Shown in pieces: positions 18,114 through 27,688 of a DNA stretch of 64,000 nt; the first letter of the stretch is position 1, and each line of letters begins with the position of its first letter. The stretch is taken from sequence record NC_070936.1, one strand, 5' to 3'. A program made the translations under genes and the position numbers. The notes below the pieces were generated by a model. That model saw nothing but the letters and a program-made list of their open reading frames with translations, searched no databases and was not told the DNA's origin.

Positions 18114-20207
18114 ATGAGGGAATCGATTATGTCATCTGCTGGACCATTCCTCTCAGAAGAATATACCAGTGATCGCAACATCTTAAAACATGCGATTAAT
18201 CAATACTCTTTAGTTGTCAGTCGTGTACGCGGTGAAGATGAAGATACAGTTCGTCAAAACTTGATGAAGTATTTTAAATCTCAACAGGAAAAGTTCCGCT
18301 CTCGTCGTGCTAAAGTTATTATTAAGAATAAGAACGAAGACCGTGAATTAAAAGTCATTCCTTTGTCTTCGGTATTTAAACATGTTCAGTCGAATAACTA
18401 CCACTTTAGTCCATCAATGGTTGCATACACTAACTCAGATAAAGAAGAATGTGTAAACTCCATTGGCACTCGTCTGTTCATCGATAACCGTAAACACTAT
18501 AAAGATCTTCGTCAGGTAGCTAAAGCAAACAACGATCCAGATCTTTACGGTAAATATCACGAATTACAGAACGCCTTTAAGATCTTTAACAACGCCCAGT
18601 CTGGTGCTATGAGTTCTGAAGGTACACCAATTAACAACAAGACTGGTCACACTTCACTGACTTCTACTTGTCGTTGCTTGACTTCTACAGCTAACCTTAT
18701 TAACGAACAGTTCATCGCAGGTAACCGTTTCTATAACACACCTGAGAATACATTACAAGCTATCGTTGCACGTCTTAAAGTGACTGACTATAAAGCACTT
18801 GAAGATGTAATGGAGAAATATAAACTTCATTATGCAACTGTTGATGATGTAATGAAACAAGTTGAATACTGTTCACGTCGTTATTGGGAATCTGAACGTC
18901 ACACTAACATCATTCGTGGTTTCGTTGAGAAACTGTCTGGTTTAGAACGTTCTTCTATTCTTTACACTATGGACCTGGTTCAGTTGTTCAACCATAACAA
19001 AGAAGTTGTTTCTAAGTTCTTTGACCGTTGGGTTGAAATGAATGATCCAGAAGAAGGTAAGACTGCTGACGATTATCTTGCTCCGGATAATGGAGATAAG
19101 TGGACACTGTGTATTTCTAAACTGCCTAACAAGCCACCTAAGGTTGCTGTTAACGCATTGAACGAATCACACATGAAAGTGGAAACTGAATATGGTGACT
19201 TTATGCGTCAATTCTTCCACTCACCTATTCCACCGTCTGGTCTGTTCGATGTTGTTTCCGCAGTTCGTGATTGCGTATTGACTTCTGATACTGACTCCTC
19301 CATTTATACAGTGGATGAAATGATCGAAGCTTATACTCATGACCGTGATAAAGGTGTTAAACTTAACGCAGTTCTGACTTACTTCATTCGTATGATCTCT
19401 GTTGACCAACACCAACAGCTTTCAGCTAACCTCAACGTAACTAAGAAAAACTTACGCATGTTGGGTATGAAGAATGAATACTACTTCGGTGCTTATGTTA
19501 CTACTCTGATGTCTAAACACTATTATGCTAGCCAGCTTATGGTGGAAGGTGTGATGAACCATGAACCAGAAATGGAAATCAAGGGCGTTCACCTTAAGTC
19601 ATCTAAGATTGCATCTAACATCAAAGACTTTGCTCAGAAGTTAATGAATGATACATTGATTGCGATTGAGAAGAAACAGAAACTGAATGCAGCAGAAACG
19701 CTGAAAGAAATTGGTGATCTAGAACGTACGATCATTGATGATATTCATGCGGGTGATTGGAAGTGGTTATCTCGTCAAGGTGTTAAGTCAGCGGCAGCTT
19801 ACTCTAAACCAATGGCTTCGGTTTACTTCTATCATGAACTGTGGGAAAATGTATTTGCTGATAAATATGGTCCTGCTCCAGAGCTTCCATATATCGGTGT
19901 TAAAATGTCAGTTGACTTAGGTAGTAAAACTAAAGTCAAAGAGTTTATTGAAAAGATCGAAGATCGTGAACTAGCTGAGAAGCTTGAGAAGTTCATGGAA
20001 AAAGCAGGTCGTACTGATTTAGGTAACTTGGTGGTTCCTATGGAACGTCTTCAGTTTATGGCAGACATTCCTAAAGAAATCAAGCAGTGTATTGATTATC
20101 GGACAATCATCAAACAGAACCTTAAGTGTGTTTATGAGGTTTTAAACTCGACCGGTTTGTACTTTATGAACGACTCGATCACTCGACTGGTATCTGACGA
20201 ACATTAA
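18114..20207 (+). CDS. Family B DNA polymerase, catalytic/C-terminal half (phiKZ gp50-like)
   Basis: Motif B QNAFKIFNNAQSG, motif C LTSDTDS, KHYYA, IKGVHLK; likely start ATG 18129. Confidence 0.9.
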   Translation: MRESIMSSAGPFLSEEYTSDRNILKHAINQYSLVVSRVRGEDEDTVRQNLMKYFKSQQEKFRSRRAKVIIKNKNEDRELKVIPLSSVFKHVQSNNYHFSPSMVAYTNSDKEECVNSIGTRLFIDNRKHYKDLRQVAKANNDPDLYGKYHELQNAFKIFNNAQSGAMSSEGTPINNKTGHTSLTSTCRCLTSTANLINEQFIAGNRFYNTPENTLQAIVARLKVTDYKALEDVMEKYKLHYATVDDVMKQVEYCSRRYWESERHTNIIRGFVEKLSGLERSSILYTMDLVQLFNHNKEVVSKFFDRWVEMNDPEEGKTADDYLAPDNGDKWTLCISKLPNKPPKVAVNALNESHMKVETEYGDFMRQFFHSPIPPSGLFDVVSAVRDCVLTSDTDSSIYTVDEMIEAYTHDRDKGVKLNAVLTYFIRMISVDQHQQLSANLNVTKKNLRMLGMKNEYYFGAYVTTLMSKHYYASQLMVEGVMNHEPEMEIKGVHLKSSKIASNIKDFAQKLMNDTLIAIEKKQKLNAAETLKEIGDLERTIIDDIHAGDWKWLSRQGVKSAAAYSKPMASVYFYHELWENVFADKYGPAPELPYIGVKMSVDLGSKTKVKEFIEKIEDRELAEKLEKFMEKAGRTDLGNLVVPMERLQFMADIPKEIKQCIDYRTIIKQNLKCVYEVLNSTGLYFMNDSITRLVSDEH

Positions 20208-20228
20208 TCAATTCTATGTAAACTTATT

Positions 20229-20260
20229 GAACCCCACCTCGCACAAAGCGGGTGGGGTTC
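20229..20260. terminator. Hairpin between convergent genes
   Basis: gaaccccacctcgc-acaaa-gcgggtggggttc. Confidence 0.65.
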
Positions 20261-20275
20261 GTGACAGATATATGT

Positions 20276-21367
20276 TTATTTCAAACGACTAACTTCTTCA
20301 TGCAACATGGAGAAATGCTTCCTCCATATAGGGTCTTTGATTTGGTTTTCCTGAGATGTGACAGACAGTTGATAATAGAGTTTCAAGTCACTACGCAACT
20401 TACCATCTACAGCACCAATAAAGTTACTATACTCTAAATAAGGTTTAACCATCCCAAGAGAAGCAATAGTCCAAACCCAACTCATTTGAACAAAGAACAA
20501 TGACTTACCTGCTTGAGGGAATATCATCTTAGATTGATCAACTGAGATATTGGTAACAGCATTGACTTCGACAAAGTTAGTAAATGATTTCATCGGCTGG
20601 GATAACAGATAGCGATTCTTGAAATCAGTATAGTCAATTAAGTTTTGGAAATAAGGTTCCAAGTTAAATGGACCTTTCCTTACTTCTATTTTCCCAGCAT
20701 TACCATTCAGGTAATTATAGTTGGTCAGCTCATTGTGATACAAATAGAAGTTCATCAATGGCAAACCAGCTAAATAACCATGTGGACTATTACCCCATTC
20801 AACACCACGTTTGAGGTGTCTCCAATATCCTATTACAAGAGCGTACACATCAATCTGAGCGATCGTATAAGCTGGGTTAGCTAACTCATAGACTTTAGTA
20901 TTGATTAGGTCTATGGTGTTCCAGCGCTGTTTTGTGTCAGTTGTGTAAATAGGAAAGATTGGAACTAAGGTATTTATTTCGTTATTGAAGTAACCATTTA
21001 TTTGCGAAGCAGAAGGTTTATCAAATGGAACAACCAAAAGAGTATTGTGATTCTTTTCAGGATACAAACTCAACGGATGGTTCTTTCCTCTATTATAGAG
21101 GGATGTAAAATTGACTGCACTTGCGTATTGTTGAATGTGAGTATCAATTACATTAATTAAGTAGTTGGGTTCCCATTCTACGTTCACGGAAAACATTAGC
21201 AGAAATTGAACTAATGGATTTTCATTGGGAAGAACTCTATTGCCAAGTTTGATCCAGTCTTCATACCGGTCATCATTCCTGGCCATAATACGTCTCAGGT
21301 TTCCGAGTGTACCCCATTCCCTGACTGCGTAGTTTAACCCATTAGGCGAAAGCTTAAAGTAAGACAT
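20276..21367 (-). CDS. Virion structural protein (phiKZ gp52-like)
   Basis: Minus-strand ORF between DNA polymerase and chimallin, as in phiKZ-like synteny; gagg RBS before ATG 21367. Confidence 0.65.
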   Translation of the reverse strand: MSYFKLSPNGLNYAVREWGTLGNLRRIMARNDDRYEDWIKLGNRVLPNENPLVQFLLMFSVNVEWEPNYLINVIDTHIQQYASAVNFTSLYNRGKNHPLSLYPEKNHNTLLVVPFDKPSASQINGYFNNEINTLVPIFPIYTTDTKQRWNTIDLINTKVYELANPAYTIAQIDVYALVIGYWRHLKRGVEWGNSPHGYLAGLPLMNFYLYHNELTNYNYLNGNAGKIEVRKGPFNLEPYFQNLIDYTDFKNRYLLSQPMKSFTNFVEVNAVTNISVDQSKMIFPQAGKSLFFVQMSWVWTIASLGMVKPYLEYSNFIGAVDGKLRSDLKLYYQLSVTSQENQIKDPIWRKHFSMLHEEVSRLK

Positions 21368-21536
21368 TAATAGAAGCCTCTGGAATATCTTCATTAAAAA
21401 ATTAATGAACATATCTATTATATGTAAAAATAAACTTTCAAGGTTAATCCTTGAAAGCTAGACGTGAGTCGCATGTCCATTTGAATGTATTCATACGATT
21501 TAACGTTGCAATTTTATCATCTCTAAAATATTTGAA

Positions 21537-21559
21537 GTCTATATTATTAGAGTGTATAA
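21537..21559 (+). promoter_or_regulatory. Putative promoter of chmA
   Basis: gtctatattattagagtgtataa; near-identical to 31352-31373. Confidence 0.7.
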
Positions 21560-21624
21560 GGAAACAGATGTTTCTATTATCCCTCACCAATCGTTAACGT
21601 TAACTATATATTAAGGAATTCCAC

Positions 21625-23541
21625 ATGTCTCTCGATAACAACATGAACGCAAATAACGCTCAATCTTCTTCTAACAACAACGCTGGTAAAAACACTATGT
21701 CTAATGCAAATCCACTGTTCGGCCTGCTGGGTGAAGCGAACCTGTTCTCTTCTACTCACTCCATCACTGAAGTAAAAGACATCCAGAAATCTCTGGAAGA
21801 AACCATTAAGTATCTGCAGAAGAACACTGCTTCTCAATCTCAGAAGCTGTCCCTCCCGACTCTGGTTCAGTCTATCACTTCCGACATCAGTTCTCAGCTG
21901 CCTGGCCTGACCATCTCCACTGTGATCAATGGCGTCCGTTATGTCATGCCGGTTCTGTTCTACAAAACTGGTGTAACCGAAGCTACAGAAGTGATCATGC
22001 TGGCTAACGAAAACATGCCGCGCGGTATTGCCAAAGTTCCTGCTTCCTTCATGAACAGCGAGCTGATGGAAAAGATCAAGTCTACTTCTGCATTCCACGA
22101 AGGTCAGCAGATGAAGAACGTTGTGATCGTAGCACCGTCTGTAGTTAACCTGGAAACCTTCATCAAGAACGCTGTCAAAGTTGAAGACGTTGTTCCTGAA
22201 GTTCGTACCAACCTGCTGAAAGAGTGGAACACTGCTCTGTACAACCTGGTTGTTCTGGAAGTAACTAAACAGGGTGTTGAATTCCCAACTCCGTTCAAAG
22301 ACGGTAAACTGTTCGGTAAAGACGATGCAGCTGTTGCGCGTATCGAGCCGGTAAACCGTGCTACCATCGACGGCAAACCAACTCCGTTCAACCTGGCGGT
22401 GAAACTGCACACCACCAATAAGAACAACACGCAGAACATGAACAGCAACAACACTCGTTCTATCTGCACCACTTATCTGAACGTATCTCTGGAAGCAATG
22501 TCTCAGCCTCAGTTCTTCCAGGCTCGTCAGCAGCGTCCAGGTCACAACGTCGGTCCTCTGGTTCCGGTAATCTCTACTGGTATCACTATCCCAGGCGAAA
22601 CCCTGAACAACAACAACTCCATGCTGACTGCTCTGCTGGGTCTGTACGCTTCTATCGGTGCAAACCAGATGCAGTTCTTCTCTGAAGCATTCCGTGGTAA
22701 AGAAGTTGGTCACCGTGGTAACATCGGTAACTTCAACAACTATCTGACTCAGATGCTGGGTAGCGCTTACGGCACCGCTCAGATGATCACTGATAAGAAC
22801 ATCACCAATGCAGCAGTTGTTAACCAGTGGCTGAACACCTACGTTGCTCCGAACGCAGTATACGTTCTGGATCTGGCATCCTTCACCGAAGACGTTTCTA
22901 ACTCCGACTTCTGGTGGAACATCATCGGTCAGCCGAATGGTTCTACTTACCATAAAGCTCTGATCAACCTGATGGACGTTCTGTCTAACAAAGCTTTCAG
23001 CCGCATCATCGCTGAGAACGCTGCAAAAGGTCAGAACCGTGATCCTCGTAAAGACTGGACTGCAGGTGATGCAATCCTGAAACCTACTCCGATCATGATG
23101 CCTGCTGGTATCGCTCGTGGTAAAGATGGGAAATGGTTCGACCTGGCAGAAGTTGACGGCATGTTCCTGCGTCAGGAAAACTACTACGGTCAAAACGAAC
23201 CAGCTGTTAATCAGTACCTGGGTCTTATCTGTGGCGCAACCGGTACCGATCCGAAAGCACGTCAGTATGCAATCTACAACCTGCTGAACCAACTGTTCGA
23301 TACCAACGTAATCATCGAAGGTTGGAAACGTCGCTTCGTATGGGAAGATGCATTCTTCAACACTGCAGCACGCGCAATGGCAACTGCTGGTGCAATGACC
23401 ATGTCCGCAAGCAACAACGTATCTGCTTGGACTGTTCAGCACAGCAACGACTACCTGAACTACACCATGTCTGCAGTTCTGCAGCAAGGTATGCAGGTTG
23501 GCGCAATGGGTGGCTTCTCTGGCGCCTACACCCACTACTAA
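21625..23541 (+). CDS. chmA: Chimallin, major nuclear shell protein (phiKZ gp54-like)
   Basis: 638 aa with extreme high-expression codon bias; immediately upstream of the nvRNAP beta-prime gene; disordered N-rich N-arm; aromatic C-terminal end. Confidence 0.9.
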   Translation: MSLDNNMNANNAQSSSNNNAGKNTMSNANPLFGLLGEANLFSSTHSITEVKDIQKSLEETIKYLQKNTASQSQKLSLPTLVQSITSDISSQLPGLTISTVINGVRYVMPVLFYKTGVTEATEVIMLANENMPRGIAKVPASFMNSELMEKIKSTSAFHEGQQMKNVVIVAPSVVNLETFIKNAVKVEDVVPEVRTNLLKEWNTALYNLVVLEVTKQGVEFPTPFKDGKLFGKDDAAVARIEPVNRATIDGKPTPFNLAVKLHTTNKNNTQNMNSNNTRSICTTYLNVSLEAMSQPQFFQARQQRPGHNVGPLVPVISTGITIPGETLNNNNSMLTALLGLYASIGANQMQFFSEAFRGKEVGHRGNIGNFNNYLTQMLGSAYGTAQMITDKNITNAAVVNQWLNTYVAPNAVYVLDLASFTEDVSNSDFWWNIIGQPNGSTYHKALINLMDVLSNKAFSRIIAENAAKGQNRDPRKDWTAGDAILKPTPIMMPAGIARGKDGKWFDLAEVDGMFLRQENYYGQNEPAVNQYLGLICGATGTDPKARQYAIYNLLNQLFDTNVIIEGWKRRFVWEDAFFNTAARAMATAGAMTMSASNNVSAWTVQHSNDYLNYTMSAVLQQGMQVGAMGGFSGAYTHY

Positions 23542-23580
23542 TAAATAGTAGTAAAAGCTAAAGTGTGATTAACTAAATTA

Positions 23581-23620
23581 ACAGAGAGGGTGGGTGAAAG
23601 CCCTCCTCTCTGTTGTTTTT
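23581..23620 (+). terminator. Terminator after chmA
   Basis: acagagagggtggg-tgaaag-ccctcctctctgt followed by T-tract. Confidence 0.7.
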
Positions 23621-23637
23621 ATAGGGGTTTTATTTTT

Positions 23638-25227
23638 ATGTCAAGTATGGCAGATGTACTTAACAAATTCGCAGATGAACATATGGTTCCAAGTAAGCTT
23701 TTTGATGCAATGATAAAAGCTACAGGAATAGTACCACAGCAGGATGACCAGTCGTTCTATACCCCAATTTATCCAGACTTCATTGACTTCGATGAGAAAC
23801 ATGATCAGTCTATCACACCACCAATCTATCTGAATGACTTCGACTTTAATATCGAAGAAGATCGTCAGGCAATCATTGAACTACTACGTACAGAGTTCGA
23901 AGGGAACAACTTTGACACTGTAGCTTCTTGTAGTTGTAAGAAGTATCGTAGTAATGCGTATTTAGGTTCCGGCTTTGTTTGTGAAGTTTGTGGTCACGAA
24001 GTGGTTAAACCACTCACCAGTCGTATCGAAACAAAAGTATGGCTTAAACGTCCAGCTAAAGTAGCAGGGTTTATTAGTCCAGCTATTTATGCTGTGTTCT
24101 TCAGCAAACTGAATACCAAATCTCCTAAAGTTAACTTGGTTGACTATTGGGTCAATCCAGATATCCGAAATGAGAAACGGTTTAAAGACGGCAACAATAA
24201 CGCATTTAAAATCGCATGTAAAATCGAAGCATTCCGCGAAACTCTGAATATCCCATATGGGTATAATAGTTTCATCGAAAACATCGATCTTATCATCCGT
24301 AGCGCTATTGAAGCTGATGTTAGTAAAGTGCTGGATCTGACAGAACAAGATCGTCAGTATTATTCTGAGTTCTGGGACAAGTATCGTACTAAAGCAGTAT
24401 TCAAATATTTACCACTTCCAAACAAGATCACCACAGTAGTTGAGTCGGATCAACGAGATCGCTATGTTAATAAAGAACAAACCGATCTGGATAAAATCTA
24501 TTTCACTCTTGCCGACACATATCCTGAATATGATATCCGCGTAGATGAAAACGAAGATCTGATGGGTCGTAATCTGAAAGGTCTGGTAGATGCCCTGGCT
24601 GAAGTACAGAAGAACATTCTGTTCGGTAAGAAAGGGATGATCCGATATCACGCAGGTGCTGGTAAACTTCCATTTACTGGTCGTTCTATTATTACCGGTG
24701 AATCAGGTGTATGTCGTTCAGATACCATTATCCTTCCATGGATGTATGGATTAACTTGTCTGGATAAACACTTAACTTCCTGGTTGTATCGTAAAGGTTA
24801 TACACCGAAGAAAATCAAAGAGATAATCCGAACTGCGGCTCATGCTAAACTTCCGATTATTGAAGAATTCTATACCTGGATTGAAACCAATCGTTATGCA
24901 ATGGTAACGGCCGGTCGAAATCCATCAATCCAATATCTGTCTGCACGTGGGTTCTTTGTTAAGTTTAACCGGGACCTTGATGATAAGTCCATCCGTATTC
25001 CAATTACTACCGTAAAAGAATTCGGTGCTGACTTTGATGGCGATCAGATGTATGTGATCTTTATCCCAGATATGATGTCTAAAATTGAAGCATATTCTAG
25101 CTGGGGTCACCATCAGATGTTGGATCCTAATAAACCATTTAGAACTAGTCGTTTTGCAACGCACACCAAGACTAACCTGCTGAATATTAATTCGCTGTTT
25201 CTTGATGTTCCTATTGAGGAGGATTAA
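23638..25227 (+). CDS. Non-virion RNA polymerase beta-prime N-terminal subunit (phiKZ gp55-like)
   Basis: Zn-finger CSC..CEVCG, GKLPFTGRSII, GRNPSI, catalytic FGADFDGD. Confidence 0.92.
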   Translation: MSSMADVLNKFADEHMVPSKLFDAMIKATGIVPQQDDQSFYTPIYPDFIDFDEKHDQSITPPIYLNDFDFNIEEDRQAIIELLRTEFEGNNFDTVASCSCKKYRSNAYLGSGFVCEVCGHEVVKPLTSRIETKVWLKRPAKVAGFISPAIYAVFFSKLNTKSPKVNLVDYWVNPDIRNEKRFKDGNNNAFKIACKIEAFRETLNIPYGYNSFIENIDLIIRSAIEADVSKVLDLTEQDRQYYSEFWDKYRTKAVFKYLPLPNKITTVVESDQRDRYVNKEQTDLDKIYFTLADTYPEYDIRVDENEDLMGRNLKGLVDALAEVQKNILFGKKGMIRYHAGAGKLPFTGRSIITGESGVCRSDTIILPWMYGLTCLDKHLTSWLYRKGYTPKKIKEIIRTAAHAKLPIIEEFYTWIETNRYAMVTAGRNPSIQYLSARGFFVKFNRDLDDKSIRIPITTVKEFGADFDGDQMYVIFIPDMMSKIEAYSSWGHHQMLDPNKPFRTSRFATHTKTNLLNINSLFLDVPIEED

Positions 25228-25895
25228 TGCTAAATGCAACTAGCGCATTTACTCGTGCATGTAGCGGGTCTATGACAGATGCAAGTGCAGGTGCTTTTAA
25301 CACATTCATGAATGGGTTCTATGACAGATATCAGAACTTGAGTGGATGGTTGGGTGAAACTTTAAATACGGTAAAGGAAGCTCATAAGAACTTTATGGAT
25401 TCTCGTATGTGGGAATTCTCTAATCGTATCAATGGCAAAGACGGTCAGTATGTAGGTCGTTTTGAAATAGGTTATCTGTCCGAAGTTCAATATCAAAGAC
25501 AGGCAACTGGGTTCATGCGAGATTACATTATGGCTAACCCACTCTTGATGGATCTCTATCAGGAAGGGCGAGTTGATGGTTATGGTGGAGACTTTAGTGA
25601 CCTGTGTTCTGGAGTAGGTCGCGATAACTTCTATTATAACAAAGCCATCGACGGTAAGGTCATGTTTAATGAAGAAGAGAATACACTGAACCGAACTGTG
25701 TATACATCTTCTCGTGATTCCCTGACACACCTGACATTCTCCGAACGTGTTGATATCCATCGCACCTGGCAAGCTACTAACCTTCATATCGCAGCAAATC
25801 TGTTCGATCCGACTTCCATTATCGGTGACAACATTCTGAGTGTTGAAGAAGTAGAAGAACGTCGTCGTAAGTTAGAAGAAGAAAGTTCTGAATAA
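25227..25895 (+). CDS. Conserved chimallivirus core hypothetical protein (gp59-like)
   Basis: Coupled to the RNAP gene; YIMANP..LY..G..DGY pattern recalled from phiKZ-like phages. Confidence 0.6.
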   Translation: MLNATSAFTRACSGSMTDASAGAFNTFMNGFYDRYQNLSGWLGETLNTVKEAHKNFMDSRMWEFSNRINGKDGQYVGRFEIGYLSEVQYQRQATGFMRDYIMANPLLMDLYQEGRVDGYGGDFSDLCSGVGRDNFYYNKAIDGKVMFNEEENTLNRTVYTSSRDSLTHLTFSERVDIHRTWQATNLHIAANLFDPTSIIGDNILSVEEVEERRRKLEEESSE

Positions 25896-25902
25896 CTGAA
25901 AC

Positions 25903-25934
25903 AGCAATGGGGTGGAAACACCCTGTTGCTTTTA
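25903..25934 (+). terminator. Intrinsic terminator
   Basis: agcaatggggtg-gaaa-caccctgttgct followed by ttt. Confidence 0.7.
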
Positions 25935-25970
25935 TCAGGTTCTTATTTTTTTGTCTTCAAGAGTGCGTAA

Positions 25971-26396
25971 ATGGATATTGTAACTAAAGTTCATATCAAA
26001 GTTCCCATGATGTCTCGTTCTGAGGTAGAGTATCTCGTACTTAACAATCTAATCGATGATGAGGGTAATATGCAAGTATTTACTGACAACCTGGTCGTGG
26101 TCAAACGTAAAGCAGATGAAGTTAATAACTTTAAGATCTATAACCATTTCGGCCAGCGTATCGGTCGTGTCAATTTCCAGGATGGATTTGTAAATGAAGA
26201 AACTGGTGCCAATGGTTTGACTAACGAAGCATTGATTGCTATTACTTTGAATCGTCTCGAAAGTCAGAATAAAGGTAAGTTCAAGTCAATCCATAACGAT
26301 AAAGCCATCGAATGTTTACGTGGTGCTTTGGTAGCATTAAAGGATCGCGTAGATGACAGAATGGCTCGTGGTGTTTCTAACACTGATGCGGAGTAA
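25971..26396 (+). CDS. tad1: Tad1-family cyclic-nucleotide sponge (anti-Thoeris/anti-CBASS)
   Basis: [59 protein letters not shown] matches recalled Tad1 pattern IKFQKG..HGV..DLLEIVRDRL..FQ.GPFSSREN..AL..EEAL....RR..DR..R.V. Confidence 0.82.
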   Translation: MDIVTKVHIKVPMMSRSEVEYLVLNNLIDDEGNMQVFTDNLVVVKRKADEVNNFKIYNHFGQRIGRVNFQDGFVNEETGANGLTNEALIAITLNRLESQNKGKFKSIHNDKAIECLRGALVALKDRVDDRMARGVSNTDAE

Positions 26397-26864
26397 ATGA
26401 TGTCTAATTTTGGTTACTGTGAATTGCAGGTAGACCTTAACACCGGGATGAAGATTCAAAAGGCCATCGACTCTGCTGAAGTTGAACAACCTTTAGATCT
26501 CATCCCTGCTAACAAGCTTCACGCTACAATAATGTACGATGAGCGGAATCCTGATATCTTCCCTTCTAAATCTAATAAGGTTTACAAGGCTAAGGTTAAA
26601 GGCGTAAAGACATTAGGTGATCCTAATTCCAGATGGTACGCGGCAGCTTTGGTTCTGGAGTGCCCAGCAATACAAAGCCGTCATAAGCAACTACTGGATG
26701 AAGGTTTCAAACATTCTTATGACGACCTTCTGCTACACGTTTCATTATGCTACGGTAAAGACACAGATATTGTTGCACCACTATTGGAGAAATTGATGTC
26801 GGAAGGTAAGTTCCCTGACACCATTACTCTGTGCAATGAAACCTGGGAACACTGCGGCGACTAA
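26397..26864 (+). CDS. acb1: Acb1-family 2H phosphoesterase (anti-CBASS nuclease)
   Basis: Two HxT/S motifs, IPANKLHATIMY and LVLE...SRH.....G..HSYDD...HVSLCY, aligning with T4 Acb1 (57B) VPREKIHSTICY and LVLD...CRH.....G..HDFDDYTPHITLSY. Confidence 0.85.
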   Translation: MMSNFGYCELQVDLNTGMKIQKAIDSAEVEQPLDLIPANKLHATIMYDERNPDIFPSKSNKVYKAKVKGVKTLGDPNSRWYAAALVLECPAIQSRHKQLLDEGFKHSYDDLLLHVSLCYGKDTDIVAPLLEKLMSEGKFPDTITLCNETWEHCGD

Positions 26865-26942
26865 GCGTGGAGCTGTAAAAGGATATTTTAGTAGAGGGAT
26901 CTGGTAGGAGAGTGGATCAAGATTCACTTGTATTTCATTTCA

Positions 26943-26965
26943 GACCTATATTACTTAAGTGATAA
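26943..26965 (+). promoter_or_regulatory. Putative early promoter
   Basis: gacctatattacttaagtgataa contains exact TATATTAC. Confidence 0.7.
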
Positions 26966-27009
26966 ACCTAAACAGTTTTAACTTAATTAACTATAGAGAG
27001 AAACTAACT

Positions 27010-27177
27010 ATGTTCTTCAACAGCCCACATGACTCAGTAGTAATCGGTTCTGCATTCTTCAGCGGTGTTGGTGTACTGGTATTCGGTACTGCTGCATACT
27101 ACGGTATCAAGGCAGCTATCATTCAGTTCATCAATAGCCGTGAAGCAAACCGCCCAATGGCTACTCGCAATAAATAA
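27010..27177 (+). CDS. 55 aa single-pass membrane protein with its own promoter and terminator
   Basis: gagag RBS; TM SVVIGSAFFSGVGVLVFGTAAYYGI; high-expression codons. Confidence 0.7.
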   Translation: MFFNSPHDSVVIGSAFFSGVGVLVFGTAAYYGIKAAIIQFINSREANRPMATRNK

Positions 27178-27180
27178 GTC

Positions 27181-27217
27181 ATAACCAGGATCTCCCCTAA
27201 CCGGGAGATCCTGTTAT
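27181..27217 (+). terminator. Stem-loop terminator
   Basis: ataaccaggatctccc-ctaacc-gggagatcctgttat. Confidence 0.75.
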
Positions 27218-27280
27218 TCTATACTTGTTTATTTTTTTTTGTTTTCATATTTTGATTAGCTTTATATAGAGGAAAGCAAA

Positions 27281-27688
27281 ATGTCTAAAGGTGTAGTAGG
27301 AACTATGGATACGGTAGGATTTATTACCGAACCCACTATCAAGATAGATAGACTCATTGCATATTGGTTTGCTAACCGAATTGACCAATGTTTGATCTTA
27401 AGAAATATTCACTCTTATCAGTATGTCATCGCTAAACACCAGGATGATAAAAAGAGTGAAGAACGGTTACTGGCGGATATAGAAAATAACCTGCGTGAGT
27501 ATCTACTGGAATGTTTCGAAGGTTGCTCTGTTAGTGCTTGGGCGAAACGTGAAAATCCTGGTGACAAGATGTTTACCTTGGTTCTGTCTGGAACAGTCTT
27601 CCAAGACGGCAAGGAATACGATCTTGCAAAATCTGTACTGATTAACGGCAGTACATACGAACTCATTGATAAAGGACGTGGTGGTTGA
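27281..27688 (+). CDS. Conserved chimallivirus core hypothetical protein
   Basis: gagga RBS; position in the core block upstream of SbcD. Confidence 0.65.
   Translation: MSKGVVGTMDTVGFITEPTIKIDRLIAYWFANRIDQCLILRNIHSYQYVIAKHQDDKKSEERLLADIENNLREYLLECFEGCSVSAWAKRENPGDKMFTLVLSGTVFQDGKEYDLAKSVLINGSTYELIDKGRGG

Noticed and set aside
21604-23535. 643 aa antisense ORF overlapping chmA
   Set aside because: Shadow ORF: the strong codon bias of a highly expressed gene removes stops on the opposite strand; no RBS or recognisable domain.
25971-26396. Alternative call as Acb2
   Set aside because: Lacks the recalled Acb2 KIKGYRDL and RW...G.T..Q.G.M motifs; the pattern matches Tad1.
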